Part shown: piece after piece, positions 26,414 through 36,531 of the stretch
Numbering within the stretch: the first letter of the stretch is position 1
Layout: each line of letters opens with the position of its first letter
Virus record (IMG/VR): IMGVR_UViG_3300025276_000022
Source of the DNA: a virus
DNA: 64,000 nt
Direction: 5' to 3' (one strand)
Translations under genes and position numbers: made by a program
The notes under the pieces: model-generated
Told to the model about the DNA's origin: nothing
The model's input: only the letters and a program-made list of their open reading frames with translations
Databases searched by the model: none

Positions 26414-27630
26414 ATACGTTTCAGCAGTTCATCACAGAGAACAAAAATACACACATGACTCATATTGAGGACAAGGTTCTCTATGGTGGTGTTGATGGTA
26501 CGCGTCAGGCTATTAATGCTCTGCGTGGTCTACGAGATCTACTTGCTGGACATGGTGCCGGTAAGGTCTCTGTCAAGTGGGACGGTGCTCCTGCTGTATT
26601 CTGTGGAACAGATCCAAGTGACGATAAGTTCTTTGTTGCTAAGAAAGGTATCTTCAATAAGAATCCAATGGTATACAAGACTAATGCTGACATCGATGCT
26701 GATACATCTGGTGACCTAAATGCGAAGTTAAAGGAAGCATTACTATATCTTCCGGAGTTAGGAATCGTGGGTGTTATTCAGGGAGACTTCCTTTTCGGTA
26801 AAGGTGATGTATCTACCAAGGTTATCGAAGGACAGAAGTATACTGCATTCCACCCAAACACTATTGCATATGCAGTACCATATGATCAAGCAAAATCTGT
26901 ACGAGATGCTAAGATCGGTATCGTGTGGCACACTACGTATAAAGGTGCTACTTTCGAATCTATGACAGCGTCATACGGAGTAGATGTTTCTAAACTAACG
27001 AAGTCTAAGAACGTATGGTCTCAAGACGCGATGTTGCGAGATGCTACTAAAGCGACAATGTCAGACAAGGACACCGTTGAAGTTAATGCACGTTTGACTG
27101 AGATCGGTCGTCTATTCAAGCAGACCTCTGCAAAAACTCTAAAGACCTTAGAGGCCTCTCCGAAGTTAGCACAGGCGATAGAAACCTACAACAATTCGTT
27201 CGTTCGTGCCGGTGCATTGTTGCCTGACTCAAAAAGACATGTTAGCGGATTGATAAGTAATAGACAAGCTTACTATAAAAAGGAGATAGACAGTAAGAAG
27301 TCTGAACGTGGTAAGGAGACGTGGAGACAGAAATATGCAGACGAAATGGAGTTTTTCTCTGCAAAAAACCGTGCTAACCTAGTTAAAATGTTCGAATTAC
27401 AGAAATTGATAGTTTTGGTCAAATTAAAACTTATAAATAGTTTAGACAAACTAAAGACAATTGATACTTTCGTTAAAACTTCTAAAGGTTACAAAGTAAC
27501 TGGTGAAGAAGGTTATGTAGCAATTGACACACTTGGTGGTGATGCGGTGAAACTTGTTGATCGTATGGAATTCTCATACAACAACTTTTCATCCGATATA
27601 TTAAAGGGCTGGGATTCAGCTCGTAAATAA
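26410..27630 (+). CDS. ATP-dependent ligase-like nucleotidyltransferase with capsid-targeting-like N-terminus
   Basis: MNTFQQFITE; KWDG (I), QGDFLF (III), EGYV (IV), VKLVDR (V). Confidence 0.65.
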   Translation: MNTFQQFITENKNTHMTHIEDKVLYGGVDGTRQAINALRGLRDLLAGHGAGKVSVKWDGAPAVFCGTDPSDDKFFVAKKGIFNKNPMVYKTNADIDADTSGDLNAKLKEALLYLPELGIVGVIQGDFLFGKGDVSTKVIEGQKYTAFHPNTIAYAVPYDQAKSVRDAKIGIVWHTTYKGATFESMTASYGVDVSKLTKSKNVWSQDAMLRDATKATMSDKDTVEVNARLTEIGRLFKQTSAKTLKTLEASPKLAQAIETYNNSFVRAGALLPDSKRHVSGLISNRQAYYKKEIDSKKSERGKETWRQKYADEMEFFSAKNRANLVKMFELQKLIVLVKLKLINSLDKLKTIDTFVKTSKGYKVTGEEGYVAIDTLGGDAVKLVDRMEFSYNNFSSDILKGWDSARK

Positions 27631-27654
27631 TGGGATAAACCAAAAAAGGAATAG

Positions 27655-28029
27655 ATGACTATGATGTCATTTAAAGATATGGTAAATGAAGTACTCGACG
27701 TAGCACAACGTCGAAAACTTGCACAGCGAATGAAAAGAAATAAATCCAGAATTGCAATCGCACGTAAACGTAGCGAAAAGAAAATTGCTAACATGGATAC
27801 CCTCAAGAAACGTGCACGTCGTCAAGCACGTAATGCAATGGTCGCTAAGATCACTAAGGGTAAAGGTAAAGCGGATATGTCTATCGCTCGTAAGAAAGAC
27901 ATAGAAAAAAGGATGGAACGTCCTGCCGTACAATCACGTATAGATCGCCAGGCTAAGAAACTTGTAAAGGTTGTTCGTAAGCAAGAAATCGAACGCAAAA
28001 GAAATAGGTCTAAAGGCGATAACAAGTGA
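27655..28029 (+). CDS. Highly basic protein
   Basis: MMSFKDMVNE start; very Lys/Arg-rich. Confidence 0.7.
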   Translation: MTMMSFKDMVNEVLDVAQRRKLAQRMKRNKSRIAIARKRSEKKIANMDTLKKRARRQARNAMVAKITKGKGKADMSIARKKDIEKRMERPAVQSRIDRQAKKLVKVVRKQEIERKRNRSKGDNK

Positions 28030-29705
28030 TTAAGAATTTTAGTCAATACCTTGTCGAAGAAGAACGAGAAGTTTACTTTACGTTTGGTCGTATGAATCCT
28101 CCTACGATTGGCCATGGCAAGGTGATGGATGCGTTAGCAATAAAGTCTGGGAAATCAGACTATAAGGTATTTGTGTCACAGTCACAAGACGCGAAGAAGA
28201 ATCCTTTAGCATACGCAGATAAAATCAAGCACACAAGAAAAATGTTTCCGAAACACGCACGGAATATCATGGTGGATAAGTCTGTTAAAACAGCTATCAA
28301 CGCCATGGTCGTACTATATGACCAAGGTTACAAATCCGTAACACTGGTTGTTGGAGACGACAGAATTACAGAATTCGATGTACTATTAAATAAGTATAAT
28401 GGTACTAAAGCAAGACATGGTTTTTATAATTTTAAAAATATCAAGATAGTATCTGCCGGTAAGAGAGATCCAGATTCTACTGGTGTCGAAGGCATGTCTG
28501 CTTCCAAACAAAGAGAGAACGCGTCTAGTGATGATTTCGTTTCTTTCTCGCAAGGTGTTCCTAAGTCAATGTCAGATCCAGACACACGTAAGTTATTTAA
28601 CGACGTGCGTAAGGGTATGGGGCTAAAAGAAGCAAATGGATTCCGTAATCACCTAGAACTAGAAACAGTATCCGAAACACGAGAGAAATTCGTGCAAGGA
28701 GAATTGTTCGAGGTAGGCGATATAGTAGTAATCAAAGAAAGTGAAGAGGTTGCTACTATATCCGTCCTAGGTGCAAACTACGTCATCGTTGAAACTAGCG
28801 ATGGTAAGAAGATGCGTAAATGGTTAGAGTCTGTGGAGTTGATCTCCGAAGACGTTGACCAGAAGCAACTTAATGATTTAGAGAAGTTCGGTGACCGTCT
28901 ATTGAAGAAGTTCAATATCGACATCGAGTTTACTCGACACTTCGCAGACCGTATGAACGATACACGTAATAGTCCTGCTATTAAGGTAACGGAACTTCAA
29001 CGTCTGTTTAAGAAGATTGCAAAGAATAAGGGCAAAGGCATAAAAAAGCATGGGGATGCTGAGGCAGTATTGAAAGATATGCAGTCAGACCTAAATTTAC
29101 CTGTCGTTGTAAACTATAAGGACGGTGAGTTCGAAATGGTTAACAAGACTATTATGCGTAAGAAGAACTTCAAAACTACTAGTCCGGTCGTGCAATACGA
29201 AGGACAGGATCCAGATATCAAGGATCGTGAAGGGACTCAACCATCACGTTATCACAAAGGTCTAGAGAAATCTACCAAGGTAAAACGTGACGCACACTTC
29301 AAAGCAAAGAAAGATGGCCCAGCGCCAGGCGATGCAACTGCCAAGACCAAACCTTCCAAGTACACCAAGTCATTCAAGGACATGTACGACGAAGATTGTT
29401 GGGACGGTTACAAGCAAGTCGGTATGAAAAAGAAAGGTGGTAAGACAGTCCCTAATTGTGTTGCAGAAGATAATAGTCAAGGTATTAACGAAGGGTTCAT
29501 GGACACAGTAAAGTCTAAGACCATCAATAAAAAAGAATATCAACATGCTTTGTCTACTTTAAAGAAGCTTCTGACTCGTAAGAGTGATGAGAATAAAGGT
29601 AAACTAACTCATAGTACAGAGTATTATGCACAGAAGGTTGCCAAATCATATTCGGGTATGAGCACTAAAACACTGCATAGTATGTTAGGGAAATGGAAAC
29701 CATGA
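28026..29705 (+). CDS. Cytidyltransferase-like (HxGH) multidomain protein
   Basis: FGRMNPPTIGH, VVGDDR, MSASK, followed by several small modules. Confidence 0.8.
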   Translation: MIKNFSQYLVEEEREVYFTFGRMNPPTIGHGKVMDALAIKSGKSDYKVFVSQSQDAKKNPLAYADKIKHTRKMFPKHARNIMVDKSVKTAINAMVVLYDQGYKSVTLVVGDDRITEFDVLLNKYNGTKARHGFYNFKNIKIVSAGKRDPDSTGVEGMSASKQRENASSDDFVSFSQGVPKSMSDPDTRKLFNDVRKGMGLKEANGFRNHLELETVSETREKFVQGELFEVGDIVVIKESEEVATISVLGANYVIVETSDGKKMRKWLESVELISEDVDQKQLNDLEKFGDRLLKKFNIDIEFTRHFADRMNDTRNSPAIKVTELQRLFKKIAKNKGKGIKKHGDAEAVLKDMQSDLNLPVVVNYKDGEFEMVNKTIMRKKNFKTTSPVVQYEGQDPDIKDREGTQPSRYHKGLEKSTKVKRDAHFKAKKDGPAPGDATAKTKPSKYTKSFKDMYDEDCWDGYKQVGMKKKGGKTVPNCVAEDNSQGINEGFMDTVKSKTINKKEYQHALSTLKKLLTRKSDENKGKLTHSTEYYAQKVAKSYSGMSTKTLHSMLGKWKP

Positions 29706-29974
29706 TTAATTTTAAGAAATACCTTGACGAAAAGAGATATGCCATGTATGATACAGTTGACTTGGACGAAAGTCCGGACGGTATCTCTGCAAAGGCAAAG
29801 AAGTCAGGTATCTCTACAGAGACACTAAATACTGTGTATCGACGTGGAGTTGCAGCATGGAAGACGGGTCACCGTCCCGGCACAACACCACAGCAATGGG
29901 GAATGGCGAGAGTCAATGCCTTTATAGTAAAGAAAAAGAAAGGTGGTCTCAACCACGACAAGGATTTAGCATAA
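29702..29974 (+). CDS. Conserved viral protein (DUF5824-like)
   Basis: MINFKKYLDE; VYRRGVAAWKTGHRPG..QQWGMARVN. Confidence 0.65.
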   Translation: MINFKKYLDEKRYAMYDTVDLDESPDGISAKAKKSGISTETLNTVYRRGVAAWKTGHRPGTTPQQWGMARVNAFIVKKKKGGLNHDKDLA

Positions 29975-30035
29975 TCCGAAATACCTAAATAGCAATACAA
30001 ATTTTAACTACTATTTTCAAAGGACGACATAACAA

Positions 30036-33000
30036 ATGGGTATCAAATTACAAGCTGGAAGCAAATTTAGTGCGGGCATGAAACTCTCCACCGCAAACGC
30101 TGGTTGGAGCATGATAGTGGGCGCCGATTTTTCTGACGGAGCAAGCGGAGAAAGCAATGGTGGTGCAGTATATCTGGTTAAAGAGAACGGAGAACAGGTA
30201 GATCTTGTTCCCTCGGATCAAAATATTGGCAGTTATGGTATGTTGGGTAAAGCAGTAGCTACTAATGGAGACGTTATTGTTATCGGTCATGGCCATAATG
30301 ATTTGCAAGAAAACAACGCTGGAGCTGTGTTTGTTTTCGATTCTAGTGGTCAAGAGTTATACGCACATTATGATGTTACTCCGGTTTCTGGTGAGGGGTT
30401 TGGCGATGCTATTGCACTTAGTCAAGACGGAACCAGAATGGCTGTACGTAAGAGTCTTCCTAATTACGCTGGTGTTGTGGTCTTAATGGACATTGATGGT
30501 TCCAACAAAGTTGAAATAACCTATGGCACTGACTTTTTTGGAGGACTTGGTTATCGATTTGGATTTACCGCTAATAAGTTTGTCATTGCCGATACAGAAC
30601 ATCCGGCGGCACGTGCTGGTGAAGTTTATATCTATAACTTAGACGGTTCTCTATCAAGTGTAGTTTCTTCTCCTGCATCAGGCGATGCTCGCTTTGGTGA
30701 AAACCTAGCGGTTGATCACTCCGGATCTAAATTTGTGGTAAGTGCTCCATATGCTAACGGCGAAGCGGGCGCAATGTATGTGTACGAAGAAGATGGTACT
30801 TTGCTTCATACAATAACAACGTCTGGTTCGAACAGACTTGGTCAACATGTCGCATATGGTTCGGGTAAGATAGTAACACTAGATAAGAAAACTAATTTCT
30901 CGCTTAAACTTCGCATATTTGACGAAGATGGGTCTAATGAAATTGTTAAAACTAGCACGACCGAACAGTATCACTTTGAGATCACCCATTGGACTGGTGC
31001 TCTTTCAATATTTGGAAACGTTATTGCCGCTGGCGCGAGTGGGTATACCCAACGCGGCCCCCACAGCAATGCCAATTATACTATGGCCAACAATCCGAAC
31101 CCAGGCCCGGATGTTAATGGTATCGTATTCTTATACGATCTAGACGGTACTAATGAAAGAAGGATTGTTCCTACTGATCCAAATATAACTAATCCAAACT
31201 CGTTCTACATGCCACAGTTTGGAGTAGGCATAGCAGGATATCAACAAGCAGCGCCTGTGATGCCATATGTTGCTCCAGTATATGATTGGACTTCAGCAAC
31301 ACAGCCACTTAATCTATCGAATGGTGGTGGCGATTCAACAGGTGCCGTGGCAAGTAACAGCACTGGGTTTGCTCAAGGGCATATGTCCTCGCCCAGCGAA
31401 GTAGTTGTATATGATACTTCTGGTAATGTTGTTCATACTATATCTGGGCCAGTCGGTGCCAGTTCTTTCGGGGGATATAGAATGCTGCTTATGAACGAAA
31501 CCCATATATTAATAGCATCCTATAACTACGCGACTGATGGATTAAATGTTGGTAAAGCTTGGTTACATGATGTAACAACTGGTACATTATTACATTCATT
31601 CCTCCCTGCTGGTTATGCTCAAAACACTGGGGTCGACCTTGCATTCGGTTCCTGTATTGGATTGTCTGAAAAGTATGCCGCAATTGGTATAAATGCATAC
31701 GCCGACCAGCCAAAGATTCATCAATATGATGTTTCTACAGGATTACTAGTACGAGAAATTACACCACATGCGCCAGTAGGAACAAACCAACGTTGGGGAC
31801 ACGGTGTTGCTATATCGGACTCTTATGTCGCGGCTGGTGTGCCGAGCGGATCAAACCACGGGTACGTAGAAATATTTGACGCCTCAAACGGACAGTTCTT
31901 GAGAACTTTAAATAATCCACAACCAAGCAGCTTGGATTATTTCGGCACCACAGTGAGGATTTCTGGTGACTATATTTGCATTTCTACTCCTAACGAAGAT
32001 AGTCCTACCTTTGGATATGACACTGGTGTAGTATACGTATTTAATATAACCGATGGTTCTTTACTACAAACTATTACTCCAACTATCGCCACAGGCAGCT
32101 TCGGTATGGATATTTCTGTTTCAGGCAAATATCTTGCTATTAGTGACTACGCCCACGTCCCCGGCCGGACAACAGACTACCCCGGCCGTGCCTTTGTTTA
32201 TGATATGACAGATGGTTCATTGTTATATACTGCAAATAATCCAACTCCAGTTGATTATGATTTCATGGGACAGTCTGTCTCGATTTCGGGCGGATCATTA
32301 ATTACTGTTGCGAGGAATGATGGACAGAACCAAGCACATGTGTGGAAAGCACCGTTAGGCTCTACTCAACTTCCATATGTTGCTCCGCCTAGTGCACCTA
32401 GTGCACCTAGTGCACCTACACCAAATAAAATCTTAATGTACTCGCCAGACAATTTGTACAACAGCGCGATCAATAATATCCGTGGTGGTTTGGTGATGTC
32501 GGATTTTGACGGTAGTAACTCTATCACTTTACAAACACTAACACCACAGTCTAGTGCCGGTGGTGATGGTAAAGTTGTAAGTATCACACGGTCAAATAGT
32601 CAAATTAGAATTTATGACCAAACTACTGGTCAGTTAGAACAGACCTTTAACGATGCGACAGTAGATTCCGCTATGGCAGCCCAAATTAATGAGTCCGCTA
32701 TGTCTATCGCTATTGGAGCAGGAAAAATATTCATTAACGCTGCTGAATATTATCCAAATGGCCTTGGTGCGATTATCGTCGTAGATTTACTGGATCGTAA
32801 TGTTCCTACATACCTTATTACTCCTGTAGTGTCAGGTACATACTCTCGAATCGGCACGTCCGGTTACGGCGGACTTAGATTCATTGAGGGTAGAATTTAT
32901 GCCGGTTCAGCACCGTGGGATGCCACTGCTAGAGGAATACATGGTTTTGATGTAGATGGATCCAATCCTACGTTTATCCCCACCAGTTACGGGACACATA

Positions 33001-33455
33001 GTTTTGTTAAATACGGTGACAACTGGGCAGCGAGTAATGGAGATGACGGAGTAGAGATACTATCTTCAACTGGACAAGTCCTACACTCTGTGAAGGTTTC
33101 TCCACAATTTGGGTATCACTTAGAAACTACTTTATCCGGAAAGTTGGTTGTTGTCGACCATACTCAGTTTAACAGCAAAGTTTATATATATGATGAAGGA
33201 CTTACTAATGAGGTTGTTATTAGTGGTGATCAACAAGCGAACGATGATTTATGGGGTGATGGTAGTGTCACCAATCGTGCTGGTGTGGCAGTCTTCGGTA
33301 ATGATATACTAGTATCGGCGAAAAATGCAGATGCTAACGGTCTAACTAACTGTGGAGCAGTATATCGTTACAACGACTCTGGAGTTCTACAGGATATATT
33401 CTACGGAACTGTCAACCAGCAAATGTTAGGTCAACGTATCGAAGTAGCTTACTAA
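30036..33455 (+). CDS. Large FG-GAP/beta-propeller repeat protein, probable virion adhesin
   Basis: Recurring FG..VA, GA and GAVYVF blades; PYVAP and PSA linkers. Confidence 0.8.
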   Translation: MGIKLQAGSKFSAGMKLSTANAGWSMIVGADFSDGASGESNGGAVYLVKENGEQVDLVPSDQNIGSYGMLGKAVATNGDVIVIGHGHNDLQENNAGAVFVFDSSGQELYAHYDVTPVSGEGFGDAIALSQDGTRMAVRKSLPNYAGVVVLMDIDGSNKVEITYGTDFFGGLGYRFGFTANKFVIADTEHPAARAGEVYIYNLDGSLSSVVSSPASGDARFGENLAVDHSGSKFVVSAPYANGEAGAMYVYEEDGTLLHTITTSGSNRLGQHVAYGSGKIVTLDKKTNFSLKLRIFDEDGSNEIVKTSTTEQYHFEITHWTGALSIFGNVIAAGASGYTQRGPHSNANYTMANNPNPGPDVNGIVFLYDLDGTNERRIVPTDPNITNPNSFYMPQFGVGIAGYQQAAPVMPYVAPVYDWTSATQPLNLSNGGGDSTGAVASNSTGFAQGHMSSPSEVVVYDTSGNVVHTISGPVGASSFGGYRMLLMNETHILIASYNYATDGLNVGKAWLHDVTTGTLLHSFLPAGYAQNTGVDLAFGSCIGLSEKYAAIGINAYADQPKIHQYDVSTGLLVREITPHAPVGTNQRWGHGVAISDSYVAAGVPSGSNHGYVEIFDASNGQFLRTLNNPQPSSLDYFGTTVRISGDYICISTPNEDSPTFGYDTGVVYVFNITDGSLLQTITPTIATGSFGMDISVSGKYLAISDYAHVPGRTTDYPGRAFVYDMTDGSLLYTANNPTPVDYDFMGQSVSISGGSLITVARNDGQNQAHVWKAPLGSTQLPYVAPPSAPSAPSAPTPNKILMYSPDNLYNSAINNIRGGLVMSDFDGSNSITLQTLTPQSSAGGDGKVVSITRSNSQIRIYDQTTGQLEQTFNDATVDSAMAAQINESAMSIAIGAGKIFINAAEYYPNGLGAIIVVDLLDRNVPTYLITPVVSGTYSRIGTSGYGGLRFIEGRIYAGSAPWDATARGIHGFDVDGSNPTFIPTSYGTHSFVKYGDNWAASNGDDGVEILSSTGQVLHSVKVSPQFGYHLETTLSGKLVVVDHTQFNSKVYIYDEGLTNEVVISGDQQANDDLWGDGSVTNRAGVAVFGNDILVSAKNADANGLTNCGAVYRYNDSGVLQDIFYGTVNQQMLGQRIEVAY

Positions 33456-33473
33456 AAATAAATAGGATACCTT

Positions 33474-33656
33474 ATGAGCAAAACTAAGAAACCTCGTAAC
33501 AAAAAGATGTCACAAGCCAAGAAGGAAAAGTTACAGTCTACTAGTTTTGAAAACAACCAATTTAGCACAATGGGGTCGCAAGGCCCCAAACTAAAGGCAA
33601 CCAATATTAATACAACCGCAACGAAAATGATTCGGGGCGCATCAAGAGGAAGTTAA
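33474..33656 (+). CDS. Small basic protein
   Basis: AGGA ribosome-binding site; Lys-rich. Confidence 0.6.
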   Translation: MSKTKKPRNKKMSQAKKEKLQSTSFENNQFSTMGSQGPKLKATNINTTATKMIRGASRGS

Positions 33657-33658
33657 AG

Positions 33659-35719
33659 GTGAAGAAATTTAGTGAGATAAGAACTCATACTCAAGAGGCA
33701 AAAGAACATACGTACACTGTGGTTCATGCTAAGAAAGGTAAAGTAGTAGTTACTGCACCCACTTCATATGATGCGGCAAAGAAAGCGGCAAAGCAATGGA
33801 AACTAAAGTCTACTGGCGGTGTTGATGCTCACATTATGGAAGCAAAACAAGCTATAGTGTGGAAAGTTAAACCACCAAAGGGTCAGAAGAATATTCATCC
33901 TGATTCCAAATGGCCAGGAATAAAGCCAGGCGATATCCAAAAGATGAATGAGTCTGTCGAACTTGACGAACTTTGCGAAGCGCAAGGCAAGTTAAATGCC
34001 AAAGGCGAGATCGAGATGACTGCGAAGAACTACGCCAAGATTCACAAGGACTTTAAGACCAAGATCAAAGGAACACCTTTTGCTATGCAGATACATCCTA
34101 AGACTGGCGGTTCTGCACTGTTCCCTGTTACGTTCATCAAAGAGTCTACCGACCTCACGGAAGGTAAGAACCTCATTCCTCAGTTCCAAGATATCGTCAA
34201 GAACAAACAAGCGAAAAAGATCGGTGGTACTATGATAGATATGTACACCGCAAGCACCATTACCCATGTATATGATAAAGTATCTGATGCCAATAAGAAG
34301 AAGATGGAAACATCAAACATTAATGTGCTTATCGGACTTTCACGTAAAATCATGGGTGCTGGCCAAAAGGAATCAGTAGAGGTTGTAGAGGGAGACGAAT
34401 ATAAGAATATCTCCAAGACAATAACCCAAACTCCTAAGCATAAACGAGACAAGAAAGCAACCGCTGCAAAACCTGCCAAGACTAATGCTAGAGAAGTTGC
34501 TCGTCGTAAAGCGATTGAGAAACATCAAGCAAAGAACGCTGCTAAGAAAGAAAAAGGATACTGGGACGAGAGTGCCAAAGGTATGGTAGGCGGTTTCTCA
34601 GTAGAGATACCAAAACAAACTATCTCTGGTAAGACTATCGGTGGTGGTAAGAACGGAATCTTTGTTAAAGCTAAGACTGCTCGTCAAGCAATCAGCATGG
34701 CAGCAAAACGTCTGGGTGTTGATTTCAAGATGCTTAAAGTCGGTAAGGTATTGAAAGAAGGTGTTGAATCAATAAATGAAGCAAAAGTAGAAACAGAAAG
34801 ACACTTTGGTAAAAAAGGTATTATCATTATGATTCGTGATGGAAACAAAATGATATCTGCAATATTCAAAGATAAAAAGAACGCTGATGAATTTAATAGA
34901 AACAAACCAGCTGATGTTAAAAAACTTATACAACTTGCTAAGGAAACAAAATATCCAAAAGCAATTGATGAATCGGTAAACCTTGAAGAAGGAAAAATGA
35001 AAGAGTTTCATGACTATATTGATCAAGGTAAATCTGCACAGTGGATTGCTAAGAAGATGGGTCTGGACATGAAGACTGTAAAAGAATTGATGGCAGACAT
35101 GAAAGAGTCTGTCGAAGAAGGTAAGACTGGTGCAGCACGATTGACCAACCGACTAAAGAAGTCCGGTGTTGATCTTGACAAACGTGCCAAGGATCGTGCC
35201 GCAAGTCATGCAGAACTAAAGAAGAAGTATGCTACTGAGTCTGTCGAACTGGACGAAGCATATCAGCAGTTCTTGGATAAGACTCCTAACTGGGGTGAAG
35301 ACAAGGCAATCTCTTATGGACGCAAGAAGGGTTACAAAGAGATCGGTGTATGTGGTCACGGTAAGATAGATGGTATTGTATTGTTCGGTATGGATGCTGG
35401 CGACAAAGCATATGTCGGTAAGGAAGCAAAGATTAAGACTGGTCAAACAGTATTCCGTTATGCTACTAGCCGCACTGTCGCAGGCGATATCTTTCCTTTA
35501 GTTAAGATTGATGTTAAGAAAGGTCTTCTATATAACCTATCTCAGAAGTCTAGTGAAGGTGAGATCGAACACGCAGAGTTTGAAACTAAGAGTTCTAAGC
35601 TAAGATATCTTCGTCTTCTATCTACTGCGAACCTCCGTGATATTGTTGGATTCGATGCAGAGGTTAAAGAATCTACTGCACCTAAAACTCTTAGCGATAT
35701 TAGAGCGAAAAGATTTTAA
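33659..35719 (+). CDS. Modular putative internal head polyprotein
   Basis: MKKFSEI start; basic modules separated by ES(V/T)xxxE linkers. Confidence 0.7.
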   Translation: MKKFSEIRTHTQEAKEHTYTVVHAKKGKVVVTAPTSYDAAKKAAKQWKLKSTGGVDAHIMEAKQAIVWKVKPPKGQKNIHPDSKWPGIKPGDIQKMNESVELDELCEAQGKLNAKGEIEMTAKNYAKIHKDFKTKIKGTPFAMQIHPKTGGSALFPVTFIKESTDLTEGKNLIPQFQDIVKNKQAKKIGGTMIDMYTASTITHVYDKVSDANKKKMETSNINVLIGLSRKIMGAGQKESVEVVEGDEYKNISKTITQTPKHKRDKKATAAKPAKTNAREVARRKAIEKHQAKNAAKKEKGYWDESAKGMVGGFSVEIPKQTISGKTIGGGKNGIFVKAKTARQAISMAAKRLGVDFKMLKVGKVLKEGVESINEAKVETERHFGKKGIIIMIRDGNKMISAIFKDKKNADEFNRNKPADVKKLIQLAKETKYPKAIDESVNLEEGKMKEFHDYIDQGKSAQWIAKKMGLDMKTVKELMADMKESVEEGKTGAARLTNRLKKSGVDLDKRAKDRAASHAELKKKYATESVELDEAYQQFLDKTPNWGEDKAISYGRKKGYKEIGVCGHGKIDGIVLFGMDAGDKAYVGKEAKIKTGQTVFRYATSRTVAGDIFPLVKIDVKKGLLYNLSQKSSEGEIEHAEFETKSSKLRYLRLLSTANLRDIVGFDAEVKESTAPKTLSDIRAKRF

Positions 35720-36396
35720 TGAAAAGTTTTCGTTCATTTATAACAGACAGTGTTGATGCCGAGAAAGAATATGGTAAGTCATTTGTCGCGTCTGCCAAGT
35801 CAGTTGGTGTGCAACGTAAGTTGACCAAAGAACTTGGTGTTAAACTCAAAGAGGTAGAGAAGTCTTTGGGACACGGTGGTGGTGGTAATGGACTTACACC
35901 GGATGATGTGAAGTCGAACCCTAAGTGGAAAGCGGCAAAGAAAGCATTGGATGTTGCATTCAAGAAAGAACAGCAAATGAACCAAGCGATGTCAAAGGCG
36001 TTTGGTAAGCAGATGAAAGACTTCCGTAACAAAGACCGTAGAGGTTATATGTCTTTGTTTATCGGAGAGTCTACAGAAGCTTGTTGTGAAGACTGCGTAG
36101 AAGAACTCATCATTGAAGACGGTGTATTCATCAACGAAGATGGTAAGAAAGATAACGTGAAACTTAACAATCCTACCCGTGGTGGTAGTAAGAAGTTTTA
36201 CGTATATGTAAAGAATGAGAAGGGTAACGTGGTTAAGGTTTCTTTCGGAGATCCCAATATGGAGATCAAAAGAGATGATCCAGCACGTCGTAAAAGTTTC
36301 AGGGCGAGGCACAACTGTGCAGATCCTGGCCCGAAGTGGAAAGCACGGTACTGGTCATGTTATCAATGGCGAGCCGGTGCAAAAGTAGATAATTGA
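35719..36396 (+). CDS. Putative internal head protein with conserved C-terminal domain (DUF6321-like)
   Basis: MKSFRSFITD; KKFYVYV..VSFGD..RRKSFRARHNC..ARYWSC. Confidence 0.7.
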   Translation: MKSFRSFITDSVDAEKEYGKSFVASAKSVGVQRKLTKELGVKLKEVEKSLGHGGGGNGLTPDDVKSNPKWKAAKKALDVAFKKEQQMNQAMSKAFGKQMKDFRNKDRRGYMSLFIGESTEACCEDCVEELIIEDGVFINEDGKKDNVKLNNPTRGGSKKFYVYVKNEKGNVVKVSFGDPNMEIKRDDPARRKSFRARHNCADPGPKWKARYWSCYQWRAGAKVDN

Positions 36397-36401
36397 TACG
36401 T

Positions 36402-36409
36402 TATAAATA
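36402..36409 (+). promoter_or_regulatory. Late promoter
   Basis: TATAAATA. Confidence 0.7.
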
Positions 36410-36531
36410 CACTTAACCTTAACTAATAAGTCAACTAATTACATTAATAAACATTTTATTATACATTAATATAAACTTTATTACTAATTTATTTAAGACT
36501 TATATCATTTAGACTAATGGGCTGATCGAAA

